From a virus: a DNA stretch of 64,000 nucleotides. The notes under the pieces are model-generated. The model searched no databases. It saw nothing but the letters and a program-made list of their open reading frames with translations, and had not been told where the DNA came from. The position numbers and the translations under genes are program-made. Positions 17,384-27,276 of this stretch are shown piece after piece (positions within the stretch are counted from its first letter, which is position 1; every line of letters begins with the position of its first letter). Location: positions 28,974 to 92,973 of IMG/VR virus record IMGVR_UViG_3300046665_000384; one strand, 5' to 3'.

Positions 17384-17724
17384 GCTGCCGCCTCCACGGC
17401 CGCCAGAAACTCGCGCGCATCGGCCCGCCGGTATTCCCACAGGTGGGCGTGCTGCGGGTACCGCACGACGAACACGCGGGCCAGATCGGGCACCCAGTTC
17501 CCGTTCACCTTGAACGAGCACGCGCCGGCCTCGCGCAGCCGCGTGTAATGGCGAATCTCCTCCACGATGGTGCGGGCCGAGAAATGCCGGCGGCCGGCCG
17601 CGATCAGCTCCAGCGTCTGCCGCTCGAACTGGCGGTAGATCGGCTCGTTCATCGCCAGCCACGGCAGGAAGCCGGGCCGGAAATACTCGTTGAATTGCAC
17701 CAGATCGGCGCAGGTCGATTCCAT
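17380..17724 (-). CDS. conserved phage protein
   Basis: N..IY..FE...L....GRRHFSARTIVE.IR..T; FKVN.N..P..AR. Confidence 0.65.
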   Translation of the reverse strand: MESTCADLVQFNEYFRPGFLPWLAMNEPIYRQFERQTLELIAAGRRHFSARTIVEEIRHYTRLREAGACSFKVNGNWVPDLARVFVVRYPQHAHLWEYRRADAREFLAAVEAAA

Positions 17725-17741
17725 GGCTGTTTCTCCTTTCG

Positions 17742-19271
17742 TTATGCCGCGTCTTGCATGCCCAGTTCGGCCAGAAGTCGTTTCTTGGCCTCGTCCTTGG
17801 CGTTGTCGTCGTTGGCGGCCACCTCGCCGCTCAGGTTGTAGTAGGCGTCTTCGAGGAAGCCGAACGCGAGCGAGTCAAACGCGTCAGGCGACGGGATGCC
17901 TTCCTTGCGCATGTCCTCTTTCTTGGCGATGTAGCGGCGGGCCTTCTCGTCGAAGTGGTACGGGATGCGCGAGCCCTCGCGGATGATCTGCTTGACGACG
18001 GCCGGGTCGATGCCCTCGTCTATGCCGAAGCGGCCCTCTTGGATCGCGCGCGCCAGCCCGCAAATAGCCTGCGCGCGCTGGTTCACATAGCGGTCCTTGT
18101 ATTCCTTCTTGAAGTTCGGCGAGCCCCAGAGAACTTTCTTGAAGGCGTGGAAATCGGCCTTCTCCAGCGCCTTGCACACCGCGAGGCCGATGCCGCCCGC
18201 GTCGATCATGGTCATGGAGTTCGGCAGCTGACCGGCCTCGGTGACGATGCGCCCCGGCAGGTCCGACACGTCCTGATCGTTCGCGCACACCGGCACGCGC
18301 ACGAGCTGCATGCGGCGCGCGTCGTCGCCGAACTCGCCATAGCCGGCCACCTTGACCGCGAACAGCGTCGTCTTGTCGCGGTACCCGCCGCCGCCCACGT
18401 CCGAGAGCTGGAGCCAGCCGTAATCCTCGCCCGGCAAGATGACCTGCCGGCCCACGCACGCCTGAATGGCCTTCGGGCCGAGCAGGTATTTGCTGGACTG
18501 CTCCGAAAACAGGCCCAGCACCTTGATATCGAATTCCTCGGGCGTGTACTGGAGCTTCTTCTCGGCGATGAACTCCTCGGACACGATGGGCGAATCGGCC
18601 GAGCTGAACGTCAGGTTGTTCCACGCGCCGCCCTCGCCCTTGGACAGCGTGTGGTGCGTGTCGTAGAAGAAGCCCGAGGCGCGGGTCGGCTGCGACGCGA
18701 TGCACATGCGGTTGCGCTTGTCCGTCAGCGCGCCCGTGATCACGCCGAAGTTCGCATCAGGCACGCCGGACGCCTCGTCGACGAGGAACAGCAGCCAGTC
18801 CCGGTGCGCACCCGCGAGGTTTTCAGGCGAGCCGCGCGGCGCGGTCTTGGCCACAACCCACCAGTTCAGCTTGTAGCCCTTGATGTACACCCGCTCGGTT
18901 TCCACCTCGTAATACTCGTCCACCCATCCGTGCGGGCCGGCGGCGATCTTGGCCTTGAGGTCGGCGAATTCCTTCCAGACACCATCTGCAACAGTGGCCT
19001 TCTTAGGCGCGGACAGGATCGTGTTCGAGTTGTAGAAGCAGAGCAGATGCCACAGGGCGATTACGGCAAAGCCGGCAGTCTTGCCGGTACCGTGGCCAGA
19101 CGCCACCGACGTGCGCGATCCGGGCGGCGCAACGCTGTCGAACATCTCGACCTGCTGGTGCGTGGGCACCATGCGGCAGACCTCGATGGCGAACCGGGTC
19201 AGGTCGAACGAATAGCGCAGCACGAAATCGCGGTAGCGCGGGTCTTCCCGGAGCGATTTTGTACGGGCCAC
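17742..19271 (-). CDS. pacB: terminase large subunit, P1 PacB-like
   Basis: SGHGTGKT, LAGAH, FLVDEASG, DVGGG, SPD..DS. Confidence 0.92.
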   Translation of the reverse strand: MARTKSLREDPRYRDFVLRYSFDLTRFAIEVCRMVPTHQQVEMFDSVAPPGSRTSVASGHGTGKTAGFAVIALWHLLCFYNSNTILSAPKKATVADGVWKEFADLKAKIAAGPHGWVDEYYEVETERVYIKGYKLNWWVVAKTAPRGSPENLAGAHRDWLLFLVDEASGVPDANFGVITGALTDKRNRMCIASQPTRASGFFYDTHHTLSKGEGGAWNNLTFSSADSPIVSEEFIAEKKLQYTPEEFDIKVLGLFSEQSSKYLLGPKAIQACVGRQVILPGEDYGWLQLSDVGGGGYRDKTTLFAVKVAGYGEFGDDARRMQLVRVPVCANDQDVSDLPGRIVTEAGQLPNSMTMIDAGGIGLAVCKALEKADFHAFKKVLWGSPNFKKEYKDRYVNQRAQAICGLARAIQEGRFGIDEGIDPAVVKQIIREGSRIPYHFDEKARRYIAKKEDMRKEGIPSPDAFDSLAFGFLEDAYYNLSGEVAANDDNAKDEAKKRLLAELGMQDAA

Positions 19272-19274
19272 CCG

Positions 19275-20186
19275 TTACCCCCTGACCACCACGTCGGTGA
19301 CGGCAGCAGCGGCGGCCTTCTTGCGCGCGAGCACGCGCTGACGGTTGGCCTCCATCTGGGCCATCGCCTCGGCATACGTGTTGTCCAGCGCATCGTTGTC
19401 GATGGGCGTGATGTTGACCTCGGTTTTCGTCTCGACCTGATCCTTCCAGCCGATCAGGTTCTTCGCGGCCAGTGTGGCGAAGCGACCCTCATAGCAGCCG
19501 GACAGCCCGCCCTCGATCAGCAAGGCGTCCTGAAAATCCTTCGCGCGCGCGTATGCGTAAGCAAATTCCGGGTACTTGGGGGTGCCGTCCGCGTGCGTGA
19601 TGGTCGCCCACTCGTGCAGCGTCTGCCGCGTGACCCCGAGTTTCGAGGCGAACCGGGTGATCGTGGGGAATGTGTTGATCACGACGCGCTTGACTGTCCG
19701 CAATCCCCCGTTTCCGTCCGGCTCCTCGCTTTCGACCACCGATTGCACTGGGATGTCGAAGAACCTGATCATCTCGTCGCAATACTCGGCGCGGTATTCC
19801 GTGGGGCGGCCGACAGGTCGCTTACCCGTGAGGAGCTGCCAATCGGTGGCGGAGAGCCTGCCGGACGTACCCAGCGCGGAGGATTCATCGGAGGAGGTGC
19901 TGCCCTTGGCCGAAACTTTCGACGGCTTGTCCTTGCCCGAAACTTTCGCGGGCTTGGATGGGGCCGAAACTTTCGGCTCGGGCTTGGGTTGCGGGGGTGC
20001 TTCAGGGGCGGGCTGGGAAGATGCCGGCGCGGCCCCTCCCCTCACCCATCCGTCTTTCTCGGCCTTCTGGCCTACTGCGGGGCGGCTGCATCCGAAGATG
20101 TCGGCGATGTTCTGGAACGTGACCTCGGGATCACCTTCCCACAACTCGCGGGCCTGCGCCCATTGTTCCTTGGTCAACCGTGCCAT
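19275..20186 (-). CDS. terminase small subunit (PacA position)
   Basis: N-term HTH; GRPT.Y; FPT..RFA..LGV.R.TL.EW...PEF; upstream of TerL. Confidence 0.8.
   Translation of the reverse strand: MARLTKEQWAQARELWEGDPEVTFQNIADIFGCSRPAVGQKAEKDGWVRGGAAPASSQPAPEAPPQPKPEPKVSAPSKPAKVSGKDKPSKVSAKGSTSSDESSALGTSGRLSATDWQLLTGKRPVGRPTEYRAEYCDEMIRFFDIPVQSVVESEEPDGNGGLRTVKRVVINTFPTITRFASKLGVTRQTLHEWATITHADGTPKYPEFAYAYARAKDFQDALLIEGGLSGCYEGRFATLAAKNLIGWKDQVETKTEVNITPIDNDALDNTYAEAMAQMEANRQRVLARKKAAAAAVTDVVVRG
19911..19975. repeat. three CGAAACTTTCG palindromes at 27-bp period (pac-site candidate)
   Basis: Copies start at 19911, 19938 and 19965 inside TerS. Confidence 0.55.
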
Positions 20187-20231
20187 TCGTTCCCTTGTAC
20201 TGCCCCGAGATAGAGTTACCGCCCAGTCGCG

Positions 20232-20272
20232 ATTATCGAGGCGTAACTTTCGGGCTCAGGGCGTAACTTTCC
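20232..20272 (-). promoter_or_regulatory. late-promoter motif upstream of terS
   Basis: GGAAAGTT-N27-GATAAT. Confidence 0.6.
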
Positions 20273-20427
20273 TATTTCCAGCGCTCGATGATCACGATGA
20301 GGGCAAAGGCCATTCCCCCTACGTACGCGACCATGAACCAGAACCGGCTGCTGAATGGCTCGGGGTCGACCAAGCCGGCAAGGCCGAGCGCACAGGCGGC
20401 CAGCATTCCCCACGCGGCGAGGATCAT
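20272..20427 (-). CDS. 51-aa two-TM peptide
   Basis: MILAAWGMLAACALGLAGL...FMVAYVGGMAFALIVII; ATGA coupling. Confidence 0.45.
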   Translation of the reverse strand: MILAAWGMLAACALGLAGLVDPEPFSSRFWFMVAYVGGMAFALIVIIERWK

Positions 20428-21137
20428 TCGTCGAGCCCCAGCGTGTATTGGCGGTCGTCCACGTACGGCGACAGCGGGCCGGCCTTCCCCTGCGCGATGG
20501 CGAGGCAGTGCTGCTCTTGCAGCGCGCGGCGCTTCAGCGTCTCCTTGATCGGGATGGCGGTCTGCTCCAGACGCTCCACCTTGCTCACGAGTGACGAGCT
20601 GCCGCGCATCTCATCGTCGAACGACGGGTTCAGCTCGCGCAGGCGCTGCAACGAGGCGGACACGGCCTCTGCCGCGCCCACGATGGACTGGAGGTCGATC
20701 CGGGCGGCGTTCCTCTCCGCGCCGAAGCGGACAAAGGCGGTCGTCATCGCGGCGGCCTGCGCTTCCAGCAGGTGCTCGAACCCGCGCAGCATGGCGAAGT
20801 TCTCGGCGGCGACAGGATCGCGCTCCGGGTTCGGGGACAGGCCCAGCAGGTAATCCACGGATACGGAGTACACGCGGCTCATGTTCAGCAGGAACTGCCA
20901 GTCGTTCGGCACCTTGCGCCCGCCGTTCTCGATCTCGCTCAGCTGCGTGCTGTTCTTGTAGCCCAGCCGGGTAGCGGCCTCCACGGCGGTCATCCCGTTC
21001 ATCACGCGCGCCGAAATCATCCGCTCGCGCATCATCTCTTTCTGCCGGGGCACGTCCTTATTGCGCACGAAGCGCTTCGCCGGGGCGCTCGGCACGCCGT
21101 CCAGCGCAATGATCACGTCGGTGGAGTCTGTCGTCAT
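20424..21137 (-). CDS. XRE-family HTH regulator
   Basis: ARVMNGMTAVEAATRLG...QLSEIENG...VSVDYLLG. Confidence 0.8.
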   Translation of the reverse strand: MTTDSTDVIIALDGVPSAPAKRFVRNKDVPRQKEMMRERMISARVMNGMTAVEAATRLGYKNSTQLSEIENGGRKVPNDWQFLLNMSRVYSVSVDYLLGLSPNPERDPVAAENFAMLRGFEHLLEAQAAAMTTAFVRFGAERNAARIDLQSIVGAAEAVSASLQRLRELNPSFDDEMRGSSSLVSKVERLEQTAIPIKETLKRRALQEQHCLAIAQGKAGPLSPYVDDRQYTLGLDE

Positions 21138-21595
21138 ACGAATCCCAATATCTGATTTACAACACTGTCCAAATTCGCCCGATTTTGGTACTTGATGAGC
21201 ACCCCGCGCAGCAGGACGTTCGCGACGTTGCTGTACAGGCGCTCGAAATCCTCTTGGCTCATGCGCGCGAAGCTGATCGACTTGGCGCGCACGCGGATGT
21301 CACCGTTAATGCGGAACGTGACAGTGCGGAACCCGGCTGCGATGATCACGTCCTCGCGGAACTGGTCGAAATCCTTCTCGACCGGGTAGCCCTTGTACGT
21401 CTCCTCGGGCGGGTGGAAGGCGTCGAAGCCGAGGCGCAGCAGGGCCATGAACTTCCGGTGGAACATCGGGTTGCGGGTCTGCGTCAGCTCGACCTTGACC
21501 AGCGCGCCCAGCTTGATCTTCTTGATCTTCTCGGCCTCGTGCTCGTCGGCCGGCACCAGCGCGCCCTGCGCAACCTTGATGAGATTGATTTCCAT
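21134..21595 (-). CDS. DUF1367 family protein
   Basis: RNP.FHRKF.ALL..GFD...AKSISFA.M...F..LY. Confidence 0.85.
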   Translation of the reverse strand: MEINLIKVAQGALVPADEHEAEKIKKIKLGALVKVELTQTRNPMFHRKFMALLRLGFDAFHPPEETYKGYPVEKDFDQFREDVIIAAGFRTVTFRINGDIRVRAKSISFARMSQEDFERLYSNVANVLLRGVLIKYQNRANLDSVVNQILGFV

Positions 21596-21597
21596 GC

Positions 21598-21972
21598 TTA
21601 CGCGGCCCCCGGCTGGTCGGCGAACGGGAACAGGAGCGCGAGCATGCCCGAGCGGAATGCATGCTCACCGCGCGGCCATTCGTTCGCAGGCACGAAGCGC
21701 CGAATCACGGGCAGCTCCGGGTCCACGCCGATGATTCCGTAGACCGCGCGCCGGCCAACACCGCGTCCGCCCTGCCCATCCTCCAGCACCTCGATGCGGC
21801 CGGTCTCGCGCAGGTGCAACAGGAAGCGCATCACCGTCACCCGAGGCAGCTTGAGGGCGTCGGCCAGCTCCTGCGAATTAGCCGCGCCCCGCGCCTTCAG
21901 CTGAACCATGATGGCGTCGATCCGCTCACGGGACATCCGGGTTTCCATGTTGTACTGATCGCGGGTCGTCAC
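21598..21972 (-). CDS. winged-helix DNA-binding protein
   Basis: SQELADALKLPRVTVMRFL..L.E.G.I. Confidence 0.65.
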   Translation of the reverse strand: MTTRDQYNMETRMSRERIDAIMVQLKARGAANSQELADALKLPRVTVMRFLLHLRETGRIEVLEDGQGGRGVGRRAVYGIIGVDPELPVIRRFVPANEWPRGEHAFRSGMLALLFPFADQPGAA

Positions 21973-22454
21973 TTCTTCCTCGTTTCTCGGATGAGAATGC
22001 CGTGCACGGTGCGCATCAGGTGCTTCTTGATGCGGTAGACCGGCTGCTTACGCGTGATGTCGCTCTTGAAGTCCTCGACCACCAGCACGCCGTCCTCGCG
22101 GTAGGTGAAATCAGCGATGTAGCGCAGGGCTGGCTTCGTGCGGCGGATCACCTTCCCCTTGCGCACCTGCGTCTCGCCGAGGTCGCAGGCCGGGGCCAGC
22201 ACGAACGGCACGCTGCGCTTCAGGGCCGTGATCGCGCCGGCTGCTTCCAGCGCCAGCAGCTCGGCGTAACGGTCACGCTCGCCGCCGCTGTCGAACTTCT
22301 CGCCCTGCGCGTCCACCACTTTCTTGTTGCGGTACTTGGGCTTTCCCGGTTTCGCGGGAATGTTCGGCGAGGCACCAGCGCCAGCGGCCGGGATCGAGCC
22401 GTGCGAGGCGGCGATCACGTCGGCCATGGACCAGCGCTTACCCTTGCCGCGCAT
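21969..22454 (-). CDS. DUF1064 PD-(D/E)XK nuclease-like protein
   Basis: KY.NKK....FDS..E..RY; Y.ADF.Y....VVED.KS. Confidence 0.85.
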   Translation of the reverse strand: MRGKGKRWSMADVIAASHGSIPAAGAGASPNIPAKPGKPKYRNKKVVDAQGEKFDSGGERDRYAELLALEAAGAITALKRSVPFVLAPACDLGETQVRKGKVIRRTKPALRYIADFTYREDGVLVVEDFKSDITRKQPVYRIKKHLMRTVHGILIRETRKK

Positions 22455-22464
22455 CGCCCGCTCC

Positions 22465-22797
22465 TTACGCCACCAGACCCGACGTCACGCCCATCAGTTC
22501 GCGCGACTTATCGATGTCCCAGCCCGTCACGTCGTAGATGCGCACCAGAATCGCGTCCGTCACCGACAGCTTCTTGTTGCGGAGCTTGCTGACGACCGGC
22601 GGCGGCAGCAGGAGGGCACGGGACAGGGCCGCGTCGTTGCGCTTTTTCTGCGGCAGCTCCATCAGCAGTTCATCGATCAGCGCGTCGAGCAGCTTGGCCG
22701 GGTCGTAGTCCGGATTTTCCAGATAGTTCTGGGTCAGGTGAATGAATTCCGGCCGGGCCTTCTCGGTGGCGATCTTGCCGTCGTTTTGCGCTGTCAT
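22465..22797 (-). CDS. Oxalobacteraceae-type HTH protein
   Basis: YDP..LLD.L...NDAALSRAL...PPV.SK.R....V...IL.RI. Confidence 0.7.
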   Translation of the reverse strand: MTAQNDGKIATEKARPEFIHLTQNYLENPDYDPAKLLDALIDELLMELPQKKRNDAALSRALLLPPPVVSKLRNKKLSVTDAILVRIYDVTGWDIDKSRELMGVTSGLVA

Positions 22798-22935
22798 TGG
22801 CTTGCTCTCCGTAGATGCAATATAAAGAAAAATAGGGAAATCGATATATTTCTATCGACTTCCCTATTACTGACAGCAAACTATAGATATGTCAATATTT
22901 CTAAACGCAAAAACGCCTTGAAAATTGCATTTGGA

Positions 22936-23175
22936 CTACTTTCCTGCCTTTCTTGCCGCGTCGTACTCGACCTTGCGCCTGTACTCCGCTGTTACATCTT
23001 TCACCAGTTGGTCCGCCACGTCGTGCCCATCTTCGCGCCGCACCCTGTTGTAGACCTCCTGCCGCCTGCCCTTTGGCATTCCTGCCAGCGCCCGGATTTC
23101 ACAACATCGCCGCCCTTTCTTCGTCCGCCCCGAGAACGTCCGGCACCATTCGCAGATCAGGTCAGGCTCGCCCAT
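22936..23175 (-). CDS. small Cys-containing protein
   Basis: CEWC...CC.IR.LA..PK..R. Confidence 0.45.
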   Translation of the reverse strand: MGEPDLICEWCRTFSGRTKKGRRCCEIRALAGMPKGRRQEVYNRVRREDGHDVADQLVKDVTAEYRRKVEYDAARKAGK

Positions 23176-24341
23176 GCGTCCGGCCATGCGATGTATGCCA
23201 TCTTGCCCATGAACTCCCACAGCTGGCGGGCATGGTCGGCCGGGATGACACGCTGCTGGCCGTCGACGGTGACGAGCAGCGAATTGTCCGACAGGAGGCC
23301 GGCAACGAACTTGTCGGCGGCGGCCTTGTCGGCGATGGCGGCGGCTGCTTTTTCCGGGGATGATCGCAAACGCCCGTTTTCGTACACCCCCGGCCGGCTG
23401 AAGTCGAGACTGTCAATTCCGGCCTCCGGTTCCGCTACGACGGGCGCGGCAGCGGTAGGGGCCGCTTCCGCAGGTGCCAGCTCTGGCACTTTCTCCGCGA
23501 CCGGGATGCAGTCGCCGCACAGCAGCTTGCGCTCGGCGGCGTCGCGCGGGTCATCGGCGTGCGGTCCGCAGTTCATCGTGCATTGCTTCGTCGCCGGGTC
23601 GAACGCGGCCAGTTCGGCGGGGTCGGCGCGCGGGAAGCTCGGCTGCGTCGGTACTAGTTCGCGCACGGTCACGACCGGCTCGGGCAGATCGACGGCGGCC
23701 GGCGCTTTCTCCTGCGGACGCACCAGCACCCAGTCACTGCCCACGCGTGCAATCTCGTTGCGCTTGATCGCACCGCGCAGGTAGCTGATCGGGTAGTGGT
23801 GCTTCGGCAGCCCCATCGCAACGGACAGGACAGCCGACGACACCGGGCCGCTGCTTTCGCGCAGGCACTGCATACCCAGCTCCGTACGGCTCGGGCCATC
23901 CGCGCGCACCACGCGCTGCAACGGAACGCTTTCCTTGCGCGTCACGGGCACGTCGATTTCCTGCGGCTTTTCCGGCTGGGCAGGCACAGGCGCGGCGGCG
24001 GTTGCTGCCGGGGCCACATCGCGTGCTGGTGCTGGTTCTGGCGAGGCGGCCGGCACGACTACCTTCCGTACTGCCGGCGGCAGCGCGCGTACCACACGGG
24101 CCGGCAGCGACTCGGGCGCGGGCGTCTGCACCTCGGCTTTGGGCTGCGCGTCCCGGTAGCGGAACGACAGCACCTCGCGGCCGTTCGGAGCGATGATCGG
24201 CTCCTCCACGATCACGAGGGCGCGAATCTCGTCCGCGATCAGCGGGCGCACGCGCTCAAGATCGATGTCCAGCTTGTCCGAAATCTCGACGGTGCGGATG
24301 TTCGGGTTCGCGCGGATCAGGTCTAGGATTTGTTGCTTCAT
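23157..24341 (-). CDS. HTH-containing Pro/Ala-rich protein
   Basis: N-term ILDLIRANPNI....I...L HTH. Confidence 0.6.
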   Translation of the reverse strand: MKQQILDLIRANPNIRTVEISDKLDIDLERVRPLIADEIRALVIVEEPIIAPNGREVLSFRYRDAQPKAEVQTPAPESLPARVVRALPPAVRKVVVPAASPEPAPARDVAPAATAAAPVPAQPEKPQEIDVPVTRKESVPLQRVVRADGPSRTELGMQCLRESSGPVSSAVLSVAMGLPKHHYPISYLRGAIKRNEIARVGSDWVLVRPQEKAPAAVDLPEPVVTVRELVPTQPSFPRADPAELAAFDPATKQCTMNCGPHADDPRDAAERKLLCGDCIPVAEKVPELAPAEAAPTAAAPVVAEPEAGIDSLDFSRPGVYENGRLRSSPEKAAAAIADKAAADKFVAGLLSDNSLLVTVDGQQRVIPADHARQLWEFMGKMAYIAWPDAWASLT

Positions 24342-25186
24342 GGCGACTCCTGTTCGTTTGTCTCGGCGTCGTCGTCGGCGCGCAGCCGGGCCAACGCCTC
24401 CTTTGCAAATGCCACCTGCGCGGGCGTGACCGGCTCGCCGGCAGCATGCCGTTCGAGGATCGTGCGCGCGCGCTTGATCGCCAGTTCACGTGACGGGGCG
24501 CGGTCGGCGAGGTCACGCATGGCGGACATCGCACTGGCCTTTGCCTCGGCCGATGTGACAAAGGCACCTTCGGCGTTACGGGCTGGAGCGGCGAGCTGGG
24601 GCTGATCCAATACTGGCACGCTCGGGCACTCCCCCGACAAGCGCTTGTCCAATAGCCGTTTCCAGCGCTCGGCGGCCTGCCCGTAGCTGGCCTGCCGCAG
24701 CTCGAACCGGCCGAAGTCCATGGCCGCCCAGTACACGGCCGGGACCGGCCAGCTGTCCTCTCCAGTGCGGCGCTTGCGCAGCTCCCGCACGGCGTAGTTG
24801 AAGGCATCCTCGTAGTCCAGCTCGGGCTTGCACAGTGCGACGAACTGCCCCTCCGTTGGCGGCCACGTCGGGAATTCGGTGCGGCACCGCTCGATGCCCT
24901 CCAGCGCCATCTGGAACGTGATGCCGCTGTTGATGAGGGCGCTCGTCCACGCCTTTTTCCAGTCCGCGATCACATCCGGGCTCGTAAAGTGCGAACTCCA
25001 CTTGTGCATGTACATCGAGGCGAATCGTGCATAGAGACGGTCGATGGCCGACAGCATCCGGCGGACTTCACGGAAGCCGCCCATGCCATCGGGCTCCTGC
25101 CCGATCACCTCACGCGGGGCGTTCCACGAATTGAGCGTCGATGGTGTAGGGGTCGACTGCTGGGTAAGCTGGTGCTGCGGGTGCAT
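24338..25186 (-). CDS. lambda P-like replication protein
   Basis: WK..W...L...GIT......GI..CR....WPP..G.F..LC; follows initiator. Confidence 0.75.
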   Translation of the reverse strand: MHPQHQLTQQSTPTPSTLNSWNAPREVIGQEPDGMGGFREVRRMLSAIDRLYARFASMYMHKWSSHFTSPDVIADWKKAWTSALINSGITFQMALEGIERCRTEFPTWPPTEGQFVALCKPELDYEDAFNYAVRELRKRRTGEDSWPVPAVYWAAMDFGRFELRQASYGQAAERWKRLLDKRLSGECPSVPVLDQPQLAAPARNAEGAFVTSAEAKASAMSAMRDLADRAPSRELAIKRARTILERHAAGEPVTPAQVAFAKEALARLRADDDAETNEQESP

Positions 25187-26093
25187 AAGCGGCTCCTGAA
25201 TTCACGTAGGCATTGGGGTCGAACTTGGCCGGGCGGGATGGCGCGCTGACAGTCGGTGCTTGAGGAGCGGCTTTCAGCTCGAACAGTCCCGTCCACCCGC
25301 GCTCCACGCTGGTTTCGATGACGGCCACGGGATCATTCCCTTTGGCTCGCAGCTTTGCCAGCGTCTTCAGACACAGAGCGGCCTTGTCGTCATCCAGCGC
25401 CGAGCGTTTATCTTTGGCGCGGTGGCGGACCCACATATCCCACGTTTCTTGAGGAAGCCAGTCAGGCAAAACAACGACCGGCGTAGCCGGACTCGCCTTT
25501 GCTTTTGGCGTTTTTGGCTCCGGCGGCGCAGGTGGCGCAGGTGGCGCAGGTGGCACCGTAGGCGCAGCCGGGTTGGTTTTATCTGAGGTTACATCTGTGG
25601 TTATATCTGTACTCTTAGTAGATTTGGCAGATTTGCCAATTCCATTTGGGGTTTTCGCCAAGCCATTTGGGCTTTTTGCCAAATGGCCTTCACCGCCCTT
25701 TTCACCCCCATTTGTGGTTTTTGCCAAATGGGGTTTACCGCCGTCTTCGCCCCCATTTGGGCTTTTTGCCAAATGCTCTGGCGGGGGCAAAAACTTGGCC
25801 TCGTCGGCGAAGGCGAACCACTTCGTGCGGTCGCCCGGACGCGAACTGTAGAAGCCCGTAACCAGTACGCCCTTCTTCTCAAGGCTCTCCAGCGTGCGGC
25901 GGATTTGGTCAGCCGTCATGTACGGGAACAGGATGCCCAGCGCGCGCACGCTGTTGTACAGCCACGTACGGCCGTCGTGCTGGTGCGTGCCGTTGGCACG
26001 GTTCCGGACGATCCAGAACTGGAAGTTGGAGATGATGATCGCCTCGGAAATTCCGTACAGCTTGGCGTGATCGATGTCAAAGGAGTGGTTCAT
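25110..26093 (-). CDS. phage replication initiator (O-like)
   Basis: A..YG..EA.I....FW...N...DGRTW.YNS; LPDWL...W..W...R; internal iterons. Confidence 0.85.
   Translation of the reverse strand: MNHSFDIDHAKLYGISEAIIISNFQFWIVRNRANGTHQHDGRTWLYNSVRALGILFPYMTADQIRRTLESLEKKGVLVTGFYSSRPGDRTKWFAFADEAKFLPPPEHLAKSPNGGEDGGKPHLAKTTNGGEKGGEGHLAKSPNGLAKTPNGIGKSAKSTKSTDITTDVTSDKTNPAAPTVPPAPPAPPAPPEPKTPKAKASPATPVVVLPDWLPQETWDMWVRHRAKDKRSALDDDKAALCLKTLAKLRAKGNDPVAVIETSVERGWTGLFELKAAPQAPTVSAPSRPAKFDPNAYVNSGAAYAPAAPAYPAVDPYTIDAQFVERPA
25585..25775. repeat. iteron-type origin inside initiator gene
   Basis: CCATTTGGGCTTTTTGCCAAATG-type repeats (3 near-perfect plus degenerate copies) next to AT-rich stretch. Confidence 0.8.
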
Positions 26094-26237
26094 GCGCACC
26101 TCCACAGAGCGTGCGCATGGGCCGCCACGAGGACGGTATGTGTTTGATGTACCTCATAGGAGGCATGGAGCGCCAAAAACTTGGGCTCGACGCGCGCGAT
26201 GGCGCGCACCACAGAGTTAATCTGTGGTACTATTTTC

Positions 26238-26918
26238 TTACTCATTAACTGCCCTATCAGTTGATTCGAGTTGAAGCCGATCCCTGTTGCGAGCAGGTAT
26301 CGGCTTTTGTTTTTCTACGTGTCCTTTGTTCGTTGCGACGGTTGCTGCAATCAGACCTTTCACTGCGAGACGGATATGCGTCAGCTCAACAGCGATGTCG
26401 AATCGCGCCAGCATCATATCTCGCGTGAACCCTTCCGGTCGAGGTGCGCGGCCGTCGAAAACCCTGTGGCACGGATCGCAACCATAAGCTGCGTCCGTGT
26501 CTTCGGCCTTCATGCCCGCGCCCGCACCGTTGCGGTGACACAACACTGTTGTGTCAGTTCGGTAATTGCAACATGGGAATCTTAACGTACATTCCTCATC
26601 TTTTGCACTGGCACGAATCGGCGTCATCTTCGGCCTCGAGGATTTGAGGCCACGTTTCCGCGCCGGAGCGGCCTTCTCGACCGGTCCCGTCTTCGCAATC
26701 TTGGGCTCGGCCGGCGCTTTCATCGACGGCGGCTTTGTCTTCAGTGGCAGGCCGCGCGACAGCTGCGACGTGCCCCGACTCATGGGCTTCGTAGTGCGCA
26801 GCGACGACGTGCCGCGATTCATCTCCGTGCGGCGCATCGGGCTCGACGAGCGTGCCAGCTGGCCGCCCTGCGTGAGCCCGGTGCTGCGCTGCATCGGCGT
26901 GCGCTGCTTCAGCGTCAT
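26238..26918 (-). CDS. DUF1364 (YbcO-like) protein with basic N-term extension
   Basis: R.SA..EEC..R...C.....TTVLCH...G.GMK..D...YGC..CH...DGR. Confidence 0.8.
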   Translation of the reverse strand: MTLKQRTPMQRSTGLTQGGQLARSSSPMRRTEMNRGTSSLRTTKPMSRGTSQLSRGLPLKTKPPSMKAPAEPKIAKTGPVEKAAPARKRGLKSSRPKMTPIRASAKDEECTLRFPCCNYRTDTTVLCHRNGAGAGMKAEDTDAAYGCDPCHRVFDGRAPRPEGFTRDMMLARFDIAVELTHIRLAVKGLIAATVATNKGHVEKQKPIPARNRDRLQLESTDRAVNE

Positions 26919-27097
26919 CGACGGCCCCCGCTCAGGCGCTGGCCGACATGCCACTCGTTGCAGAACCTGCACAGGTAGGCATGCACCGGCCGATCCTTGC
27001 GACGTCCGCGTGCGGCTGCACGCTGGGCCGTCGCTCGGTCGAGCGGAACCTTACCGCCGCATTGTGCGGCCTGTTTTGATTCCGCCATTTCACTCAT
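26915..27097 (-). CDS. small zinc-finger protein
   Basis: C.GK......A...Y.C.FC..WH.G. Confidence 0.6.
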   Translation of the reverse strand: MSEMAESKQAAQCGGKVPLDRATAQRAAARGRRKDRPVHAYLCRFCNEWHVGQRLSGGRR

Positions 27098-27276
27098 GTA
27101 TCACGCTCCTTTTCTGGTCTTGTTTTTGTAGCAATCAGCGCAGCATTCGTACTGCTGAAGCTGCCGTGCCGTCACCTGTTTGCCGCAGGCGCAGCGCTTG
27201 CGCTTGAGCTGGCAATTCATGCCCCAGCCCGGACCGACACCGCCGCCGGCCACCGGTGGCCATGCAACACGTCCCG

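Noticed and set aside
17754-20213. Long antisense ORFs (also 40311-42794, 47979-50585, 54604-58572, 58780-61401)
   Set aside because: Shadow frames of GC-rich genes with clear motifs on the opposite strand
25521-25556. 9-bp tandem repeat GGCGCAGGT
   Set aside because: Explained by a PPA linker in the initiator protein
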